Shown here in pieces: positions 20,489-30,832 of a DNA stretch of 32,000 bases. Positions within the stretch are counted from its first letter, which is position 1. Every line of letters starts with the position of its first letter. Under the pieces are notes generated by a model. The model was not told where the DNA came from and ran no database searches. It saw only the letters and a list, made by a program, of their open reading frames with translations. Both the position numbers and the translations under genes were made by a program. The stretch is taken from positions 210,001-242,000 of the forward strand of contig AP027133.1 in the NCBI GenBank assembly GCA_027925325.1. Reading direction: 5' to 3'. The stretch is from Candidatus Saccharimonadota bacterium (GTDB lineage: Bacteria > Bacillota_I > Bacilli_A > Mycoplasmatales > Hepatoplasmataceae).

Positions 20489-21244
20489 TTATTTATCATT
20501 TTTTTTCGATGATTTAGAAGGATGAGAAATTTTTAAATATTTTGATCTTTTAATTCTTAAAATTCTTAATTCTTCGGTATTTAAATCTTCAATCTCAATA
20601 TTTTCTTCTTCAATCTTTGGATTTTTTTGATCTTTTGAAATTGAATCATTTTGTTGTTGATTTATATTTTGTTTTTTTTCTTCTAAATTAATATCATCTT
20701 TTTGTTCTGCTTTTTTATCTTTTTTAATTTTTGCTTTTTTTTCTTTTTGATTATATTTAATAAAAATAGAAATAGATTTTGCATTTCTTTTTTTTGCTTC
20801 TTCTATAATTTCTGCAATTGTTTTATTATTATCAATTATCTTTTCGTTTACCTTTGTAATATTAATATCTTTATCTTTATCTTTATTATTTTCTATTTTG
20901 CTTGCTTTAGAATCTATTTTTATTTCTTCTTTTTTAGCTTCGCTTTGATAATTATTAATTTTTACAAGCGGAAATCTTAATTTTTTATATTTTTTTTGTG
21001 TTGTCTTTTTTGCACTTTTTTTAAGATTTGTTTTTTTCTTGTCATCTGCAATTGCTTTTTTTGTGTTATTCTTTTTAATTTTTATTATCTTTTTTTGCGG
21101 ATCTTTTTTATTTTCTTCATAATTAATGACAAGCGAAACTGATTTTATATTTTTCTTATTCGTTTCTTTTACAACTTTTGAAATTTTTTTATTACTATCA
21201 ATAAGATTATCGATAATAAAAGTTTTTTTTGATTTACTTTTCAT
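20489..21244 (-). CDS. Lys-rich hypothetical protein (251 aa) with two copies of a ~40-aa module
   Basis: Uninterrupted ORF with a true ATG. The module appears at the N-terminus (FIIDNLIDSNKKISKVVKETNKKNIKSVSLVINYEE) and in the C-terminal half (KIIDNNKTIAEIIEEAKKRNAKSISIFIKYNQKE). No TM segment or signal peptide. In such AT-rich DNA a Lys-rich ORF carries weaker coding evidence. Confidence 0.55.
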   Translation of the reverse strand: MKSKSKKTFIIDNLIDSNKKISKVVKETNKKNIKSVSLVINYEENKKDPQKKIIKIKKNNTKKAIADDKKKTNLKKSAKKTTQKKYKKLRFPLVKINNYQSEAKKEEIKIDSKASKIENNKDKDKDINITKVNEKIIDNNKTIAEIIEEAKKRNAKSISIFIKYNQKEKKAKIKKDKKAEQKDDINLEEKKQNINQQQNDSISKDQKNPKIEEENIEIEDLNTEELRILRIKRSKYLKISHPSKSSKKNDK

Positions 21245-21442
21245 TTTTATTTTTTTTAGAAGAATTTTTAATTTCTATATATTCAGCTTCCTCTACTGTA
21301 TAGATCTCTTGATCTACTTGATTTCTTTTTTGATATTTATTTGCTGATTTTTTATTATTTACTTTTTTTATTTTTTTCTTTTGATTAGTTATCTTTTTTT
21401 TAGGATTATTTTTCTTCTTAGGCTTTGTTTTTTTACTATTAG

Positions 21443-24400
21443 TTAATTTTTTTTTTTATTGATTTTTTCGATATCTTTTTTAATATCTTTATTTTCTTTA
21501 TTAATCTCTTTTACTATTTTTGATAATTCTGAGATCTCTGATGTTAATTTTTCTGTTTTATTAGGTCCTCTAGTTACTCTTTTTACTCTTACTACTGGTT
21601 TAGAATTACTACTTGAATTATTTAATTTTGTAATATTATTTTTAATATCTTTATTTTCTTTATTAATCTCTTTTACTATTTTTGATAATTCTGAGATCTC
21701 TGATGTTAATTTTCTTGTTTCGTTACTTCTTTTATTAACTTTAGGAACAGATCTGGTACTATTTGAAGTATTTAATTTTTTTACTATTTTTGATAACTCT
21801 AAAACCTCTTCTGTTAATTTTTCTGTTTTATTAGGTTTTTTAGCTGTCTTTTTTTTCTTATTTGCAATATTATTTTGTTCTGAATTATTTATTTCTTCAA
21901 TATTAATTTTAATATCTCTATTTTCTTCATCTATTTTTCTTACTATTTTTGATAATTCTGAGATTTCTTCAGTTAATTTTTTTGTATCATCGGGTTTCTT
22001 GCTAGTTGCTTTTCTTGTTTTTCTTTTTCTAGTTGCCGGTGCTTTTTTTTCAACTACAGGTTGTTCTTTTTGTTTACTTAAATCATCTACTTTTTTAGAT
22101 AATTCTAAAATTTCTGATGTTAATTTTTCAGTATATTTTGAATTATCTGGATTAACTTCTTTTGCTTCTTTTTCTGGTTGAGTTTGTTCAAGGTTGTAAA
22201 CTGTTAAAGGTTGAGGTTCTTCTTCTTTTGTTTCATTTTTAATTTCCTCTTTCTTTTCTTCTGTAATTTTTTCCTTCTTTTTCTTTTTTTCTTTTTCAGA
22301 ATCATTTTGTGACAATAAAATAAGTAACAATATTAAGATTAATAATAATATTATTATAATAATTAAAATTCATCATCATGGAAAACAGCAATCATCATCG
22401 CTATTACTTACATCCGTATGAATTATTCCATCATCTATATCTTCAAATGGTCCATTTTGATTAAATCCTATGTAAATAAATTGATAGTCAGTATCTGGTT
22501 TTAGTCCATTAACTTCAAATGTAAATCTATAAATTACAGTAGTATCTTCTGTACCATCACTTATATATTTTCCACTATTATTTACATAAGTTGAACTATA
22601 ATTAGTATCATTAATATCTTTTAAATATAAATCTGAATATGGATCAAAATTATAAAAAGTTGGATTTGCTTTTACATCTTGTAATTGAGAATTTTCTAAT
22701 AATAAATTATCAACTTCAATTGTATATTGAAAAGATGTATCGGTGATTGTATTTTCAAGAATTGTAAATGTGTAACCAAGAATTATCGGATCTATATATC
22801 CATCATCTGGGATAATAACATCTAGTGATGGATTTATAGGAATAATATTAGAATCATCTGGTCCTGTTGGTTGATCGAAACTGATTCCATTAAATTGATA
22901 TTCCTCATCATCTTTAAGTCCACTTATTTTATAAGTCATTAAATAATTATAAGCACCATTATAATCACTATTTTCATAAAATTCTTGCGTAATAAAAGTT
23001 GCTTTATAAATATCTCCATTACTATCAACTAATCACATTCCATCATTTACATCATAATTTGTAAAATTTGTTTCATCGATGTTAGGAATTAAATTGTCTA
23101 TTTCAACTGTAAACTGAAAAGAATTTGAAGTTATTGTATTTTCAATTACTTCGATTGTTTCGGTTTGAATTATTGCATCAACACTTTTTGTTTCAAATTT
23201 TTTAGATTCTTGTTCAATTTGATATTTATAATTTCCATCTTCATAAAAATACTGAATTGAATCTATTTGATAATTTGTTTCAACATATAAATCTGTTAAT
23301 TCAATTTCTTTTAATGCATCTATTGTAAATTCTTTATTATAAGAAATATCTCTATCAAGATCGGTGTAATTTACTTTTGTTTTTAATTGATCGCTTGTAT
23401 AGTCACTAAAAGTAACATTATTATTTTGATTTAAATCTAATGTAATTGTCGCTGTTTCTTCAGTTACTGATTCAATAGAATAATCAGAAATAATATAATC
23501 AGTTGTGAATCCCTCATCATCTAAAGGAAAGGATTCTTCATTAATTATTATTTCTTTAAAGTAATAATTTGTTCCTCTTTCAATTCCATTTACTTGATAG
23601 TAATATTGGTCGTTAGGAATATCTGAATTTGAAGAAATAAAGGTTGTTGTATAAGTATTATCTTCACTATCTATTAATAAAACAGTAGGAGGTTGATTGA
23701 TAAGATTATTGTAATCATATAATTTTAGATCTATATATAACTCATCATCATTAAAAATAAAATTTAAATCAGCAATAGAAAACGAATTATCAGTATATAT
23801 AGGGATAAAATAAAGTTGATCAGGATTATTATTATTATTTCCATCGGCTATTTGCCCATATGTATCACTTCCACATGCGTAAAAACTATCAACAATTCCA
23901 TCTCCATTATTATCGGCGATAATACCAGTACTACTAAATCCGTTTGATAATGAATAAATAGATCCAAATCAAGATGATTGATTTTCTGGATAAACAATTG
24001 TTGGTCTAGAAACATCATTTGTTGTACCTACACCAATTTGTCCATTTGAGTTTCCGCCTCACATGTAAACAGTGTCACCTAAATTATCTGAATTTGAATC
24101 AATTATTACTCCAGAAGTGTAACTACCTTTTTCAAATTGTAAAATACTTCCTCCTCAATCACCTGATTGAGGAGTAATCATTATTGGATAATATCTAATA
24201 ATTTGTGTCCCATCACCAATTTGTCCATAATTATTTTGCCCTCAACTATATATTGAATCGCCTACTCCATCTAGATCAGTATCAATTAATACACCTGAAT
24301 TAAAAAATCCTAATGTTAAATCAATTATATCTCCATTTCAATTACCGCTCTGTGGACTAATAATTGTAGGATATTGGAGATATTCATAAGATGGTCCTTT

Positions 24401-25195
24401 TCCAATTTCGCCATATGTATTATCGCCTCACATATACAAGGTATCGGCAAATCCATTTAAATCAGTATCAACACTAACTCCACCAAAACGAGAACCTAAT
24501 TTTAAATCAATTATATTTCCATTTCAATCATTACTTTCGGGAGTGATAATTTCTGGATATAAAATTTTTGTTTCTTCTTTTGGTGATATTTCATAACTTG
24601 TATTTTCACCTCAACCGTATATTAGATCACCGAATCCATCATTATTAGTATCTATTAAAATGGCTGTATTTGCATACATTAATGATAAAGTTATAATATT
24701 TCCGCCTCAATCACTTTGCCCTTGTGGATTAATGATTTGTGGAGTTTCAACAAAACCTGTTGTTTCTCCATTTCCCATTTCTCCACGATAATTACTTCCT
24801 CACATGTAAAGAGTATCGGCATATCCATCTAAATCAGTATCAACTGTAGCTCCACTAAATAATTGAGCTATTTCCAAATTAATTACATTTCCGCCTCAAT
24901 CACTTTGCCCTTGTGGTGTAATTTCTACTGGTGAAAATTTATCAGTAGAAGTTCCATCACCAATTTGATAATTATTATTTTGCCCCCACATATAGATGGT
25001 ATCTCCATTTTGATCACCATCAGTATCGACAATTGCTCCATTTGTATTTCCATCTGCTGAAAATTCTAAATCTGTTACCGTTGCATTTTCTAAATTTGCA
25101 AAATTTTTTGTTTTTTTAAAATTTGAATTTCCATAACCATACCCAAATGTGAGTAATATTGGAAAAATAATAATTGCAATAATGAATTTTTTCAT
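21443..25195 (-). CDS. Type I membrane protein: signal peptide, 7-bladed RCC1-like propeller, beta-sandwich-like modules, one TM helix, and a ~290-aa Lys/Glu-rich cytoplasmic repeat tail (1250 aa)
   Basis: Track ORFs 24896-25195, 22376-22939 and 21443-22330 share one frame (the offsets are multiples of 3). I hand-translated the gaps without meeting TAA or TAG. Seven YxWGxNxxGQIG-type blades. The TM region is ...DDDCCFPWWWILIIIIILLLILILLLILL. The tail has five copies of KLT[SE]EI[SL]ELSK[IK]V. Confidence 0.8.
21470..22130 (-). repeat. Five coding repeats in the cytoplasmic tail (KTEKLTSEISELSKIVKEINKENKDIKNNI type)
   Basis: The last two copies are nearly identical at DNA level (about 21480-21570 vs 21645-21735). 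Earlier copies are more diverged. Confidence 0.65.
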
Positions 25196-25440
25196 AACCC
25201 CTAAAAAAAATAAATTTAATTTACATTCCCATTTTCTTAAAATTATAGCAACTTTTTTTAAAAAAAAATAAATATTGTTAAAAATAAAAAATTTGCTTTT
25301 ACTTTTTTAAAAATTATATTTTATAAATATAAATTGATTATTTGTATTTTGTAAATTTTATTTAATGTTTCTTTTTTTGGAATTATTTTTTTCTATTTAA
25401 GATAAAAATGTGTATTTAATAGTATTTGAAAAATTAAAAA

Positions 25441-25500
25441 TAATATTTATTTTTATTTTTTCATTATAATTTATTTGAGTTTTAATTATTAATTTAAATT
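25441..25500 (+). promoter_or_regulatory. Conserved upstream block with a TATAAT box (25465-25470), shared with 30745-30805 upstream of the paralogous giant gene
   Basis: aatatttatttttattttttcattataatttatttgagttttaattatt aligns with aatattttttattttttattataatttgtttaagttttaattattt. In both cases the box lies about 210-220 nt upstream of the ATG. Confidence 0.35.
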
Positions 25501-25691
25501 AATGATTAAGAATTAAAAAGATAAAAATTAATCAATTTATTATAAAAAATTTAATTAATTGATAATTTTACCTTTAGAGTTAATAGATAGTGTTAAAATT
25601 TTGCTTAATTAAATTAAGTAATAGCGTTTTTATTTAAATGTAAATTTATATATATTTGAATAAAAATAATATATTTGGAATAAATAAAATT

Positions 25692-28600
25692 ATGGAAAAA
25701 AAAATTAAATTAAATTTTGATAAAAATAAAATTGTTAAGAATGATGCAAAAAAAGAAAAAGAAGAAATTTTGTCATTTATAACTGATTCTGCACATGTAC
25801 AGACTATAAATCCTTTAAAAGAAGGAGGAGATTCTCAACAAGAAGTAAATGAAAAAATTTTGCAAAATATTAACTCTATTGTAGATGGTAGTATTCCTGT
25901 AAAAGTTAGTACTTCATCAATAAATGCAAATGATTCTATTAATGAGAATGGTTTAACACAAAAGGAAGCAAATGAAAATAGTAAACAAAATTTTGATCTT
26001 TTGACATCTAAAATAGATGGATTAAATTCTGATATTGTAGATATCAACAATAAAATTGATAATTTTGTTTTTAATGCACCTACTTCAGATGTTTCAATTT
26101 CTGATCCTATATTAGAAGGTGGATCTACCCAAGAGGAAGTTAATAAAAATAATAAACAAAATTTTGATCTTTTAAATGATCAAATTGATAATTTTAATAA
26201 TGGTACTTATCCAATTAGAACCACAACATCATTTACTAATACTATAAATTCTAATTTAGAAAATGGTACAACACAAGAAGAGGTTAATAAAAATGATAAA
26301 AAACTTATTGATTTAATTGTTAACGGTGATACTTTAATTAAAACTTCTTCTTCTTATGTTGATACAATTAATTCTCTTCAAGAAGGAGGATCTAAACAAG
26401 AAGAAGTAAATAAAAATAATAAACAAAAAATTAGTGATATCAATTCTTTGATTATAGAAATGGATGATAAAATCTCTGATTTTAAAATCGAAGCTGATAC
26501 ATCTAAAATTAGTTCAACCGATGTCACATTGGAAGGTGGAACAACACAACAAGAAATTAATGTAAAGGGTGAGGTTAATTTAAGTCAAATAAATTCTGAA
26601 ATTTCTGAAATTAACGATAAAATTTCTTGTCTTGATTGTTTTGATGGAAATATTGATACATCATTAGTTAGTACATCTGATAAAGTTTTGGAAGGAGGAA
26701 TAAACCAAAGGGAAGTAAATGAAGTAAATAAGAAAAATCTTGAAAATATAAATATTTTGGTAGATGATATAGATTGTAAGATTGATGATCTTGAGATAAA
26801 AACTACTACTTCAAATGTTATCGCAGGCGATGGCTTTTTTGAGGGTGGTCCAACACAACAAGAGATAAATGAATCTAATAAAGAAAGTATATTTACTTTA
26901 AATTCCGAAATAATTTCAATAAATTCTGAAATTTCTGATCTTAGCGATAAAATTGATTGTTTTGAATGTGATTGCAATGATGATTCTGATGATAATAATG
27001 ATGTTATTGATACTAAATCTCTTAATGCTGTTGATTCTGATTTAGAAGGTGGAACAACACAACAAGAAATCAATCAAAATATGAAAGAATCGATCATTAA
27101 TCTTATAAATGATGGAGTTAAACCTGGAAATACTTCAACTGTTCCTACAATTAATCTTATTTTAGAAAATGGCGCAACACAAGAAGAAGTAAATAAAAAC
27201 ACCAAACAAGCAATCGACGGAATTAGTGATCAAATTGATGGAATTTCAATAGAAAATGATACTTCAGCTGTTTCAACTTTTAATGCAATTTTAGAAAATG
27301 GTGTAACACAAGAAGCGGTAAACAAAAACACCAAACAAGCAATTGATGATATCGTCGATCAAATTGATGGACTTCCAACAGATTTTGATACTTCATCTGT
27401 TACTACTGTTAATTCTATTTTAGAAAATGGTGCAATACAAGAAAATGTTAATAAAAACACAAAAGATGCAATCGATGATATTAATGATAAAATTGATAAT
27501 TTTGAGTGTAATTGTATTACTTCTTCTATTACAACAGTTGATGAAATTTTAGAAAATGGCGCAACACAAGAAATAGTAAATAAAAACACCAAGCAAGCAA
27601 TCGATGATATTAATGAGGAAATTGATGGACTTCCAACATCTGTTGCGACCTCTTCTACTATTACAGTTGATGAAACTTTAGAAAATGGAAAAACACAAGA
27701 AATAGTAAATAAAAACACCAAACAAGCAATTAATGATATTGGCGATCAAATTGATGGACTTCCAACAGATATTGCTACTTCATCTGTTGCAACAGTTGAT
27801 GAAACTTTAGAAAATGGTGCAACACAAGAAATAGTAAATAAAAGTAATAAGCAAGCTTTTGATGAGATAAGTTATGAAATTAGTGAACTTCCAACAGATA
27901 TTATTACCTCATCTGTTAAAACTTCTGATACGGCATTAGAAAATGGTACAACGCAAGAAGAAGTAAATAAAAATACTAAGCAAGCAATTGATGATATTAA
28001 TGAGGAAATTGATTCACTTCCAACAGATATTGATACACCAGCTATTACTACATTCAATGCAATTTTAGAAAATGGTATAACACAGGAAGCAGTAAATAAA
28101 AATACCAAACAAGCAATCGACGGTATTGATGATCAAATTGGTGAATTATTAGATAAGAATACATCATTTGTTGAAACTGTTAATGCAACTCTAGAAAATG
28201 GTACAACACAAGAAATAGTAAATAAAAACACCAAACAAGCAATTGATGATATTAATGAGGAAATTGATGGACTTCCAACATCTGTTGCGACCTCTTCTAC
28301 TATTACAGTTGATGAAACTTTAGAAAATGGTGCAACGCAAGAAATAGTAAATAAAAACACCAAACAAGCAATTGATGATATTGGCAATCAAATTGACGAA
28401 TTATTAGATAATGACACATCATCTGTTACAACAGTTGATGAAATTTTAGAAAATGGTCCAACACAAGAAGAAGTAAATAAAAAAACCAAACAAGCAATTG
28501 ATGATATTAATGAGGAAATTGATGGACTTCCAACATCTATTGCTACTTCTTCTACTATTACAGTTGATGAAACTTTAGAAAATGGTCCAACACAAGAAAT

Positions 28601-30641
28601 AGTAAATGAAAACACCAAACAAGCAATTGATGATATCGGCAATCAAATTGATGAATTATTAGATAATGACACATCATCTGTTACAACAGTTGATCAAACT
28701 TTAGAAAATGGTCCAACACAAGAAATAGTAAATGAAAACACCAAACAAGCAATCGATGATATCGGCAATCAAATTGATGAATTATTAGATAATGACACAT
28801 CATCTGTTACAACAGTTGATGAAATTTTAGAAAATGGTCCAACACAAGAAATAGTAAATGAAAACACCAAACAAGCAATTGACGATATTAACAATCAATT
28901 AGATGGACTTCCAACAGATATCGTAACTCCTTCTGTTGCAACAGTTGATGAAACTTTAGAAAATGGTGCAACACAAGAAATAGTAAATAAAAACACCAAA
29001 CAAGCAATCGATGATATCGGTGATCAAATTGATAATATTGGGAATTTTTTAACTTCAAATGTTATTGCAGTGGATGATTTATTAGAGGGCGGAGAAATCC
29101 AACAAATCATTAATCAAGATAATAAAAATGTTATTGATTTAATTAATTCTGAAATTATTGATATAAATGAGATAATTAACAATTTTTCTTTAAATCTTAC
29201 ATCTTTTGATTTAACAACAGTTGATGAAACTTTAGAAAATGGTGCAACACAAGAAATAGTAAATGAAAACACCAAACAAGCAATTGATGATATTGGTAAT
29301 CAAATTGATGGACTTCCTACAACAATGATTACCTCATCTGTTATAAGTGTTGATATAACTTTAGAAAATGGCACAACACAGGAAGAAATCAATCAAAATA
29401 ACAAAAATTCGATTGATACTTTAAATCAAGAGATTAGTGATCTTATTGATAGTGGTATTCCTTCAATTGATACATCTTTGCTTAATACTGCTGATGAAGC
29501 TTTAGAAAATGGTACAACACAACAAGAAATTAATCAAAATAACAAAAATTCTCTTGATGATTTGAATTCTGATTTAGTATCAGCTAATGATCAAATTGCT
29601 GATATTATCGATGGTACAGCTGGAGTTAAAATAAATACTAATTATATTTTAGAAGAAAGCACAATACAAAAAATTTTAGAAGATGGTGCAACTCAACAAG
29701 AAATCAATCAAAATAACAAAAATTCTCTTGATGATTTAAATTCTGATTTTGCAAACTTAGATACTGAAATTGATAATATTAACGAGAGAATTGAAAATAT
29801 TAATAGAGATTTTAATACTGCAGATGTAGAATCAATTAATTCTAATGATGAATCTGGATCAGTTCAACAAGAAATTAATCAAAATAACAAAAATTCTCTT
29901 GATGATTTGAATTCTGATTTAGTATCAGCGAATGATCAAATTGCTGATATTATCGATGGTACAATACAAGTTGTAAATAAAACTTCAAATGTTATTCCAA
30001 TTAATCCTGATTTAGAAGGTGGCTCTACACAGAGTGAAGTTAATCAAAATAATAAAAATTCTCTTGATGATTTAAATTCCGATGTAACTACAATAGATTC
30101 TGATATTGATGATATTAATGAAAAAATAGATAGCATTGTTATTACTAAAACGACTCCAAATGTTATTACTGTTGATAGTAATTTAGAAGGTGGAAATACA
30201 CAACAAATAGTTAATGAAACTATACAAAGCGATCTTCAAACTATAGTTTCTAATATCTCTGAAATTATTAATGGTTCAACAACAATAAATATTCAAACAT
30301 CATCTGTTATTCCTGAGGATGTTAGTTTGGAAGGAGGAATAAATCAAGAAGAAATAAATAAAAATAATACTAGAAAAATTTATGATTTACGTTGTGCAAT
30401 TGATGATATTGTACATGGTGTAATTATAATTCCTATTATTACATCAGATGTTAATACGGTTGATGCAATTTTGGAAAATGGTGAAACACAAAGAGAAATT
30501 AATGAAAATAAAAGAAAAATGATAAATTTAATAAATGTTAAAATTAGTAATTTAATTATTACAATAAATACTCTTCAAACAAATATTTCATTTTTATCTT
30601 CTTGTAGTGATTGTAGACTACCTCAAAAAACAATTGCTTAA
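25692..30641 (+). CDS. Giant acidic repeat protein, ~34 repeats of 43-50 aa with core LE[NG]GxTQ[EQ]x[VI]NxNxK (1649 aa). No signal peptide, TM segment or Trp
   Basis: One uninterrupted ORF. I chose ATG 25692 (MEKKIKLNFDKNKI) over the track's TTG 25656 because the paralog starts MEKQTKIDFDKYKI. I counted 34 core motifs in the translation. All minus-strand ORFs inside it are antisense shadows of the repeats. Confidence 0.85.
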   Translation: MEKKIKLNFDKNKIVKNDAKKEKEEILSFITDSAHVQTINPLKEGGDSQQEVNEKILQNINSIVDGSIPVKVSTSSINANDSINENGLTQKEANENSKQNFDLLTSKIDGLNSDIVDINNKIDNFVFNAPTSDVSISDPILEGGSTQEEVNKNNKQNFDLLNDQIDNFNNGTYPIRTTTSFTNTINSNLENGTTQEEVNKNDKKLIDLIVNGDTLIKTSSSYVDTINSLQEGGSKQEEVNKNNKQKISDINSLIIEMDDKISDFKIEADTSKISSTDVTLEGGTTQQEINVKGEVNLSQINSEISEINDKISCLDCFDGNIDTSLVSTSDKVLEGGINQREVNEVNKKNLENINILVDDIDCKIDDLEIKTTTSNVIAGDGFFEGGPTQQEINESNKESIFTLNSEIISINSEISDLSDKIDCFECDCNDDSDDNNDVIDTKSLNAVDSDLEGGTTQQEINQNMKESIINLINDGVKPGNTSTVPTINLILENGATQEEVNKNTKQAIDGISDQIDGISIENDTSAVSTFNAILENGVTQEAVNKNTKQAIDDIVDQIDGLPTDFDTSSVTTVNSILENGAIQENVNKNTKDAIDDINDKIDNFECNCITSSITTVDEILENGATQEIVNKNTKQAIDDINEEIDGLPTSVATSSTITVDETLENGKTQEIVNKNTKQAINDIGDQIDGLPTDIATSSVATVDETLENGATQEIVNKSNKQAFDEISYEISELPTDIITSSVKTSDTALENGTTQEEVNKNTKQAIDDINEEIDSLPTDIDTPAITTFNAILENGITQEAVNKNTKQAIDGIDDQIGELLDKNTSFVETVNATLENGTTQEIVNKNTKQAIDDINEEIDGLPTSVATSSTITVDETLENGATQEIVNKNTKQAIDDIGNQIDELLDNDTSSVTTVDEILENGPTQEEVNKKTKQAIDDINEEIDGLPTSIATSSTITVDETLENGPTQEIVNENTKQAIDDIGNQIDELLDNDTSSVTTVDQTLENGPTQEIVNENTKQAIDDIGNQIDELLDNDTSSVTTVDEILENGPTQEIVNENTKQAIDDINNQLDGLPTDIVTPSVATVDETLENGATQEIVNKNTKQAIDDIGDQIDNIGNFLTSNVIAVDDLLEGGEIQQIINQDNKNVIDLINSEIIDINEIINNFSLNLTSFDLTTVDETLENGATQEIVNENTKQAIDDIGNQIDGLPTTMITSSVISVDITLENGTTQEEINQNNKNSIDTLNQEISDLIDSGIPSIDTSLLNTADEALENGTTQQEINQNNKNSLDDLNSDLVSANDQIADIIDGTAGVKINTNYILEESTIQKILEDGATQQEINQNNKNSLDDLNSDFANLDTEIDNINERIENINRDFNTADVESINSNDESGSVQQEINQNNKNSLDDLNSDLVSANDQIADIIDGTIQVVNKTSNVIPINPDLEGGSTQSEVNQNNKNSLDDLNSDVTTIDSDIDDINEKIDSIVITKTTPNVITVDSNLEGGNTQQIVNETIQSDLQTIVSNISEIINGSTTINIQTSSVIPEDVSLEGGINQEEINKNNTRKIYDLRCAIDDIVHGVIIIPIITSDVNTVDAILENGETQREINENKRKMINLINVKISNLIITINTLQTNISFLSSCSDCRLPQKTIA
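25790..30520 (+). repeat. Coding tandem-repeat array. The central units (about 27100-29300) are 129-nt (43-aa) copies at very high identity, with a 255-nt two-unit super-period
   Basis: Example: DETLENGPTQEIVNENTKQAIDDIGNQIDELLDNDTSSVTTVD is repeated almost verbatim at about 28560-28690 and 28690-28820. The two back-to-back 255-nt antisense ORFs in the track (28133-28387 and 28388-28642) reflect the super-period. Confidence 0.85.
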
Positions 30642-30832
30642 AACTTTTATTATAGAATGAATAATATATTTTTATTTTGAAGAATATTTTAGTAGATTAT
30701 TTTTGAATTAACTTTAAAAAATAATAAATTGTATTTATTTATAAAAAATAAAAAATATTTTTTATTTTTTATTATAATTTGTTTAAGTTTTAATTATTTA
30801 TTATTTAATTTAATTAAATAATTAAAATTAGG

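Noticed and set aside
20702-22181. Plus-strand Phe/Ile-rich ORFs 20702-20980, 21126-21347 and 21459-22181
   Set aside because: They are antisense of Lys-rich (AAA/AAG) coding sequence, which gives TTT/CTT-rich pseudo-ORFs with no start context.
25656-25691. TTG start at 25656 for the giant gene, and similarly TTG 6243, TTG 13475 and GTG 8452
   Set aside because: Paralog alignment or a conserved N-terminus supports the downstream ATG (25692, 6225, 13532). For the 8452 ORF it supports the upstream ATG at 8599, reached through TGA=Trp codons.
27100-29300. Regularly spaced ~129-nt repeats that could superficially suggest a CRISPR array
   Set aside because: The repeats are contiguous with no unique spacers, lie in frame within a long ORF and encode a conserved peptide motif. 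No cas genes are nearby.
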